Below, piece after piece: positions 51,501 to 60,500 of a stretch of 64,000 nt of DNA. The stretch is from Hemiscyllium ocellatum. Taxonomy: Eukaryota. Under the pieces are notes generated by a model that did not search any database, had not been told where the DNA came from, and was given only the letters and a program-made list of their open reading frames with translations. The position numbers and the translations under genes were made by a program. The first letter of the stretch is position 1, and every line of letters begins with the position of its first letter. The stretch is from positions 70,733,857 through 70,797,856 of the forward strand of contig NC_083407.1 of assembly GCF_020745735.1 (NCBI RefSeq). The letters are read 5' to 3'.

Positions 51501-54500
51501 GTTTCCCCTGGCTGGTGAATCTGAAACCAGGGGACATAATCTCAGGGTAAGAGGTAAGTAATTTAAGACTGAGATGAGGAGGAAGTTCTTCATTCTGAGT
51601 ATGCTGAATTTTTGGAATTCTCTACCTCAAACGGCAATGGAAGCTCAGGCATTGAGCATTTCAAGATGGGAATCAATGGATTTCTGGAGACTGATGACAT
51701 CATGGAATATGGAGATTGAACAGGAGAGTTGCTATGAGGTGGGTGAGCAACCAGGATGAATTGAATTGACAAGCAGGCTAGATAGGCCAAATAACCTAGC
51801 CCTATTTCTATGACTTGGAAGAAAGAGGAGTCCACAACTGTTTTTCTCTCTCCAGAGGACAACACTCACCCTCCCACTACTGGTGCTCCACCAGAACCCT
51901 AGCTATTTTGTGTCACCAAGCCAGCCAGCACAACTGTGATGGTGCTGCCTGCAGCTGGGCAAGTTGTCAAGGTCATCCTTCATGACTAGGCGTAATTTCT
52001 GACATTGAATTTCAACAGCAGAGGGTAACACTGCACAGGAGCACCAAGAGACGCAAAGGCTCAAGAAGAAACTCTAGCAAGGAATGTACACGAATAATTG
52101 TTGACCTCTACAAACAAATGGAATAAGGTGAATTGTAAATTTTGTCTGAAGTATTTATTTTTTGATGGTTTTTATTTCTACATTGAAGCCAGGTGGATGC
52201 TATCATAGTTACAGAGTGAAGAGAAAATGTAGACGGTTGGTGAATGGGGAATTGGGGTCATATCTATTGATATTGCACTCTGATGGCTTCTGCCTGGTCT
52301 GTCCATTAACAAAGTAGATTCTGAGGTTGACTCCTTTGTTCTTCCTGAGCTGCAAGTCAGATAGTTAATGAAAAGGAGTTGTCCTCTCATGATGGCAATA
52401 GTGTGCAGCATGCAGTGGATCATGACGATTCTTGACACTCACTCAATCTGTTATGGTAGGGTTCTTCCATACTGGCTCAGGTAGCATAGTAGTATGGACA
52501 TGTGTAGCACACATGTAAGTGGGTAGCACACCAGTGATTTCAGCCATGTGGTCAGTTATGGCCCTTGTGATCTAGTAGTGACCCTTTGTTGGTGTCAATG
52601 CAGCTGACATAGCAACCAAAATGGAAATAAGTTATAAGAATGACTACCATGGTAATGGGCTCCGACCTGCATGATTCTCTGCTAATGCTGGAGGCTATGG
52701 ACTTAAAATCTTTCATTTGCAGTTTAGAGCAATGTCAACGTAAGATGCACACAAAGTATTTATGTCTTAGCTGGAGTGTTGAGCTGTCTAACTTTCAGAA
52801 AGAATTCACTGAACATTTTGTTTATGCCCCCCACTGAAACGGTATCTAGTACAACTCATCCTAAAAATATTCAATCATGTCTAGAGTGCACAAGGAAGTG
52901 ACTCAGAAGATAAGCCTTGCAGATAATCAGCACATACATGATGGGATGCACGCCTTCCTTTTGTGCTGTAAAACTTTATGAATCTATGTACCCAGGAAAT
53001 TACAAACATAACAGGTATATTTGTTCAATATTAAAGCTAATTTAATTAAACTAAATGATTTTGTTATGACCTAAGTAATGTTTTAATCTCAAGAATAATT
53101 TGATCACCATAATTAAATATCACCACAGTGAAGCAGATTTAGTTATTGTCAAAAATTAGGTTCTTTTCATTATCATCTTTATGGTTACAAACCTTCCTCC
53201 AATAGCTGAGTTGATGCAGAAATTTCGCCGTGTTTATTCCGAACAACAATGGAATATTCGCCTGCATCATCGGCAAAAGTCATGGAAATCTCAAGTTTGC
53301 ATTCTCCCATTTCCCTGTTGTAACTTACTTTGTACCTAGAAGGAGGATAAAATACTTTAACAATAAATCTCAAGAATCAGAAAAAAGAAAAATCTTGATC
53401 AATATCTGTCCATTATTAAGATAGATTTCTGGCTTGATTCCTTTGTTTCTCCTGTGCTGCATGTCATACAGTTAATGAAACAGAGATTATGATGATGATA
53501 GAGTGCACCATACAATGGATCATGTCGATTTTTGGCACTCACTCAGTCTGTTATGGTAGGGTTCTTCCATATTGGCCTAATACACTATCCTTCCATACAG
53601 AACACAATGCTGTATCACAGATTATACCCAGCCCATTTAATTGCTAGCTTCAAAGAAGAGTCGTGTTGGACTTGAAACATTTTTCTCTCACCACAGTTGC
53701 TGCCTGACCCATTGATTTCCTCCAGCACTTTCTGATTTATTTCAGATCTCCAGCATCTGTAGTGCATTGCTTTCATTGAGTCACCTGGTTCTGCATTAAT
53801 CATCCATTGACATTATCTTTCATTGCCCCATCCCTTAAATTTGCCAAATTGCAATTTTAAGCATGATCAGAGAACTGGGTGACAATATTGCAGCTCTAAC
53901 TCCAAGTAGCATTTCTCCAACTACAGATGGTCACTCTGTGTTTGAGCAGTTAATTTTAAATATAAAAGTAAACATTTAGTTACATTTAGAGACAATCAGT
54001 TCAAGGAATACTGGGGATGCTGGCAATGGCCACATCCTACAGAGGAATTTTATTAAAAATCCTTTTTATTTGGACTCCATTAATATTGCAATGAGTAGTG
54101 AAAAATTAATTTATTTGGCACTCTATGGGTTTAAATTGAATGACCATGAAGATTCAAATGCCATTTAAACAGAATATTATACCTGTATCCAGTTGTTAAT
54201 GGAATTCCAGCTTTTTTCCAGTAGACATGTGGTATAGGGGTACCTCCAACCTGACAATCAAAAACAACACTTCCACCTTCAATGAGCTTCTGTATTATTG
54301 GTTTTCTAATAAAGAATGGAGCGACTCCGGCACCTTCTTCTACTGATTCAGGTGTAATACTGGCTCCTGATAGAGTTTCAACTTTCATTTCAACGCTGAG
54401 AATAAACAAATAACGAATTTAGATTGTGATTTGGTGAACCATAATGAATGACTTGGTTACTAGCATGTGTTTACATATATCTTTATACTGTTCATTAATT

Positions 54501-57500
54501 TCGGTTAAATGCACAGAACAACAGGTCCAAAGACATGAAGAAAGTATCAGAAACAAACAAAAATCAATAAGTAAGATTAATCCTTTTTGACAGTGATATC
54601 TAAAGATGGTAAGTACCGTTTCCTTTCAGAGACAGCTGGCTCTGATACTGCAAAGGTTTCTTCTCTGCCCTCAATCTCTTCTGACACTGCAAAAGTACAA
54701 ACAATAGGACATTTCAGTTATGCCTTGGACAGAATGGTGTTTGTCAAATTTCAATCACTTTTATTATTGCTACCAAAATGCATACCTTGAACAAGAAGGT
54801 AACATGAACTGCTAGCAGTACCAGCATCATTGGTGGCAGTACATGTGAAGCGGCCGCTGTCCTCTGCAAAGGCTTCCCTAATTGTTATGCTAGCGATACC
54901 TTTTTCAAAGGTTATGTGAAAATCAATGGAACTTTCAATGTGATAATCTTCCCTGAACCACATCACGGTTGGGGCAGGGTGTCCTGTGATTTCACATGAC
55001 AGGGTTACAGATTCACCTTCAATGACTGTCATGCTTTTCAAGCCCTGCAAAAATGTGATACAATTAATCATTGTTAAAAAGACAAATATAAAGAATACAA
55101 CATGCAAACTGGACCACTTAACACACATTGTAGTGTGAATTAATTACTTACAGAAACAAAACTTGGGGCAGTAAGAGGAATTGCTGCTGGAACTGGCACA
55201 GGGGCAGGTTCCATGATCTGAAAAGCAGAAAATAAATGAGAGAGTAAGAAAAGAAATTCAATTTTGCAATCTGTATTTACAAATTTATGAGAACCTGCTT
55301 TTGTTTATGTCATTTAATCTCTCCTGGATTACCCCATCCATTACTGATTCTACTATTTTGTCCTTCCTCTCACTCCTTTCCCTTATCTCTATAATTAATT
55401 AATATCTTACATTTCTAGTGTTTTTTCATTCTGTCTGAAAGTTATTAATCTGAAACATTAGTTCTGCTTCTCATCCTACAGAGACTGCCTGATCTGCTGT
55501 GTATTTCCACCATTTTATGCTGATATCTCATATTTCCGGCATCCGCAGCATTTTGCTTTTTCGTTACATTTCAGAGAACGTCACACATTAATTAGGAAGG
55601 TCAGAAAGATCATCCTGCAGAGGACTCATGTTGTGAGTCCTTTTTGATTATAATAGCGAGAACAGAGTTAATATGTGATAAAGGTTTTTCGATGAGGGGG
55701 GGCAAGATGTAAATGTTGTTAGCTGTGTTCTTGGTCAGGAAAAAAACTTTTTGCATGAATTGTTGTTGTTAATTTGTAGGGAACACACAAAGTTAGCATA
55801 TTTAGGGCACACTACTGGGTAATTAACAAACCTGTTCTTCTTCTGCTTCATATTCTTCCTCATGTTCAACATCAAAATCAGCTTCAAGTGAGCCTGTAAT
55901 ACTTAAGCCTAGACGTTTGTGCATCTCAGTATCAAAACGTGTCTCATACACATCAGTTCTTTCTCTAAATCGAGGGTGGAGAGAGACTCTCTCCTCTGTC
56001 ACAACTTTGGCCTCTTTTAACACAGGACGTTTCACTGGCTTGGTAACCTTCACAGCAGAAGACGCAGCCAACTCTTTTTCCAGATTAACAATGGCAGTTC
56101 CTGCTATAGAAACCTAACCAAGCCAAGAAGAATAAAGTTACATGATTTAGAAATTGTTTAAAGTTTTTTTTTAAATTAATGGTCACACAATGGGATGGTA
56201 TGGATTATTAGGTTAGCTAAATTAGATGGTCTTTTTAGAAAATGTTGTGAGAGATGAACAGGATCAATAGAATGATCAATACGGATACAGGAAACTTGTG
56301 GTTTAGAAAACATTGAGAGAGTAATATGAGGTACTCCAACTTGCTACCAATATGAAATGTTAGATGGCAGGAACTTGTAACTGTTAAAAATTAATCTATT
56401 AGTATAAATTATGGAGATAAAAATACAACTATGGAAATATAAAAATAACAAAGATAGCAAAAACACAATATAATGGCCCAGGAGTTGCTGTGTCTTGTAC
56501 ATTGCATATTTTTCCTCACCGCCTCAGCGCAAATAGTATTTTGTTCTCCGTATTATCGAAATTATGAAGTAATAACATTGGGCAATGTCAATGTGACATC
56601 TTGGAGCTTAGTATGAATCTCAAGAACAGGCTATTTCCTCAACCAATGCAAGAAAGAAACAATGTTAATGGTGGAAAAGGAAATAGATGACATCACCACA
56701 AACCCCAGGAACCCCATCCAGGAGAAATTTATAAATAGAAAGCAGGAGACAACAACTTCGCTTCACTTGGAGGTTGCCACTGATGATGTTACCTAGCCAG
56801 GTAGTGAAACGTCTGGATATCAAACCTACAGCTCAGCGAGCAAACCCACACCCTAAGGAAATAGATTGCATTGGAGTGAAATTAGATAGAGAAAGAAAAT
56901 CAAAAATGAATTAAATCAAAACAAAAAGGGAAAGGCAAAATAAGAATATCTTAAAATGCTAACTTTTAAATTTTAAAACCTCCAGAAGCAATACCTGGAG
57001 AAATAAGATTCTGAAGTTTCAATTGGTCCCTATCTAACCTGGAATGGTTGAGTGGCAATACAGAAAATTAAATGATGAATGAAAAGTGGTCTATTATTAA
57101 GTGTCAGCATTAATGTGCTGCAGACAACTTAATGCATTTTAATCATACAAAAGTAGCAATTTCTTGAAACTGGTGAGAATTTAATGAGTAGGTCCCATTT
57201 TCACAAGGTCCATGACAAAGCAATGCAAATTGTTCAACAATTTCAGTGATCCACAATTCAAAATTAATCTTCCTCATTACTAATCACATGCTTAACTAAT
57301 AACTATGTATGCATTAAAATTGCCAGTATTTTCCAAACAAATTCTGGGCCAGTATATTAAAAAAAAATTCTATTCATTCATCCATTAAAAATAATGATTA
57401 TGCTGTACGGCAGGGAAACTATTACTTCTAATGTGAGCTGTTAAGGATTTTCAAGAATAGCTTTAAGTATGATATCTGCCATCAGAGTAAAATTAGACAG

Positions 57501-60500
57501 TGGTGTCTGTAACTGATTTCTAAAATATTTCAAATGATTGGTTCATAGAAATGTTTTCTTGATATTTAATGAAGCGTTTTCTATAATGTAAATGACAAGA
57601 ATCTATGATTTCTGTTTTGGTAATATGTTTTAAGATGACAAATAATTTAGGTAATCCAGCTTCAAAACTAAAAGATTTAGAACTGTCAAATGAGATCAAA
57701 ATCCAAGTGCAAGAAACACATCCTGAATCCAAAATCTGCAACATCTATACCATAACATTTGCTTGGACTTTAATAACTATCCAAGTAATATAAGGAATTT
57801 AATATCTGGTTTGTGATGATCTAGAAAATTGTGTCAAGCCAAAATTGCTCCACACTGACATTTGAGATTTTCAAATAAAAATGTACAATTACTTTCTGCG
57901 GAGCTTGGCCAAGAACGATAATTTTCGGGTGGCACGGTGGCACAGTGGTTAGCACTGTTGCCTTACAGTGCAAGTATATAAGGAATTTATTATCTGGTTT
58001 GTGATGGTCTAGAAAATTGTGTCAAGCCAAGCTTGCTCCACACTGACATTTGGCGGCCAACAAAAATAAGATTTTCAAATAAAAATGTGCAATTACTTTC
58101 TGCGGAGCTTAGCCAAGAACGATAATTTTCGGGTGGCACGGTGGCACAGTGGTTAGCACTGCTGCCTTACAGTGCAAGTGACCCGGGTTCAATTCCTGCC
58201 TCAGGCAACTATCTGTGCGGAGTTTGCACATTTCTCTCTGTGTCTGCGTGGGTTTCCTCCGGGTTCTCCGGTTTCCTCCCACAATCCAAAAATGTATGCA
58301 TTAGGTGAATTGGCCACGCAAAATTGCCCATAGTGTTAAGTGAAGGGGTAAATGTAGGGGAATGGGTCTGGGTGGGTTGCTCTTCGGAGGGTCGGTGTGG
58401 ACTTGTTGGGCCGAAGGGCCTGTTTCCACACTGTAAGTATTCTAATCTAATCTAATTCTGTCTCCATCGTATATGCAATCATGGCCCCTCCTCTGTTGCC
58501 ACACTAACTAGCCCTCTTTTCCCACCAACCTCCCTCCACCACATTATACAATATTTTAAAAATAAGCTATCTGTGGAGATAAGCCACGAATTGCCTAAAT
58601 GACCTTACTAATTTTAAAGATTTAGTCTGGGTCTCAATGCTGAAGTTGAATCTGATGTAGTTTCAATCTAAGGGACTCTAACGTGTGTGTCAATCATGAT
58701 CAATGTCAATCACCAATGTCATTTGTACTTAATTATACGACTGTCTCTAACAGAATCTATCTACAGGCCTTTGTTTATCTGGTGAGAATTATGAGCAGTG
58801 TTCAAGAGTATTTCCCCTAAACTGATTAAACTAAAGATTAAACAAAGTGTATGGATTTTCTTTCCCAATTTAGGCAGCTCACTTTATAGTCCTGTCTGTT
58901 TACGATTAATTTTTTTTGTTGTTTATTTGCCTGCCATGCACAATTTGCACCCTTACCTCTTGGGTTGTTTCTGGTTTGGCTACAGTTATTTTTGAAACAG
59001 TGAAGTGAGGAATTGTACTGGCAACTTTGTGGTCCAGACGGATGGCAGATTCAGCTGCTCTTTCAATCTATAGTAATTAACAAAATCTTTATTATTATGT
59101 TTAATTCAGCATGTACTGATTAAAACATAGTTCTGGTAAGATGGTCTTCATAGTTACTATGAATAGCAGAATCTTTGTTAGTGTTAACTTTGTTGTTTTA
59201 TACATTAAATGATGTCTAACCTGTAAAATGCGTTTTTCATCTTGCACGCCATAGGAAATGTGTGTTTCAGTTGGCACAATAACTGTCCCTTTTCTGACAG
59301 TTGTGGTGACAACACGTTGTTCAGCTGGAACTGTTCGCTTTTCAGCAGAAAACTCAGTGGTAGTTTGAGATACACCCCGCTGTGCATATTCATACTCCAT
59401 TGATGCCTCTTCTGAATGCACTCCTTCAGCATACAGAGGATGTCTAGTACGTGCTTGATCCACAGCAGCCAACACCGTAGCCACAGCTTCAGCCTTTTTG
59501 CCAACTTCAATCTGCAGACAACAAGGGCTAAGTCTGCCAGAGCACTCATAGTCTAATCTTAAATTTCACAAGATTAACTATGACCTTCAAAAGCAATACC
59601 ACATTAAAAGGGCTTGATTGATGCATCACTTCAAGGTCTGAGAATTTAATATTGTTTACAACTTTCTGGAAGTTCATCTTCTTTTACAGACACCAATCCT
59701 TTTAAAGTTTGAGTATCTGTCAATCACCAAAACACTAGCTAAGAAATTTTAAAACTAAGAACTTTTTGGTTTCCATCCCTAACTGTCAATGAGTAAAGAT
59801 TTATTATGAAATAAATTGGTATTGCTTTTGACAGCAAAGATGCACACTACACATTAATGCATTTATAATCAGTACAAATTTTAAGCAAATCATCTAAAAT
59901 TACATGACATATACATGCAATTTACAAAAGAGTTGTGATGAAACTAAAATATGTCAAAATGAGAGTGTAGGGAGGTAACTAAGGGACAAGTGAGAAGTGA
60001 CAAACCTGAGGGAAGGAAGTACAAGGAATACTACTGAAACTAAGTGATACCACAACAGGGGAGAAGTGGCAAAATTAGGATGTATATAAAGATGTTTAAT
60101 TGTTAAATGACAATTTATTATGAGAGCAAAAGGTTATATGTTTGCAGCAAAAATTGAATTAGGAATTATTGTTCATTGTGATTCAAACTACCTGATCCTC
60201 AACCAGTTGTGCTTGTACTGTAAACACATGTTTCTCTGAAGTGCTTCTTTCTGTGGTAGTGGTTACAGTAACTGGTTGACGTACTCTCGCTTGGTCAACA
60301 GCAGCTACTACAGTAGCAACAGCTGCTGTTTTTTCTATGTCATGCTCTGTCTGAGTTTGTTGTAGCAAAAAAAAATGGATTTTGTTATGTATGCCATATA
60401 ATAAATTTTAAAAGTGCAGTTACATATATACACACACATCTGAAAAATATTTACTCTACAAGTTTTGATTACTAAATTTTTACAGGTAAAATATTTTTCG

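Noticed and set aside
58131-58210. tRNA-like sequences (also at about 30250, 49155, 57928 and 62440)
   Set aside because: These are SINE heads followed by SINE core and tail, not tRNA genes.
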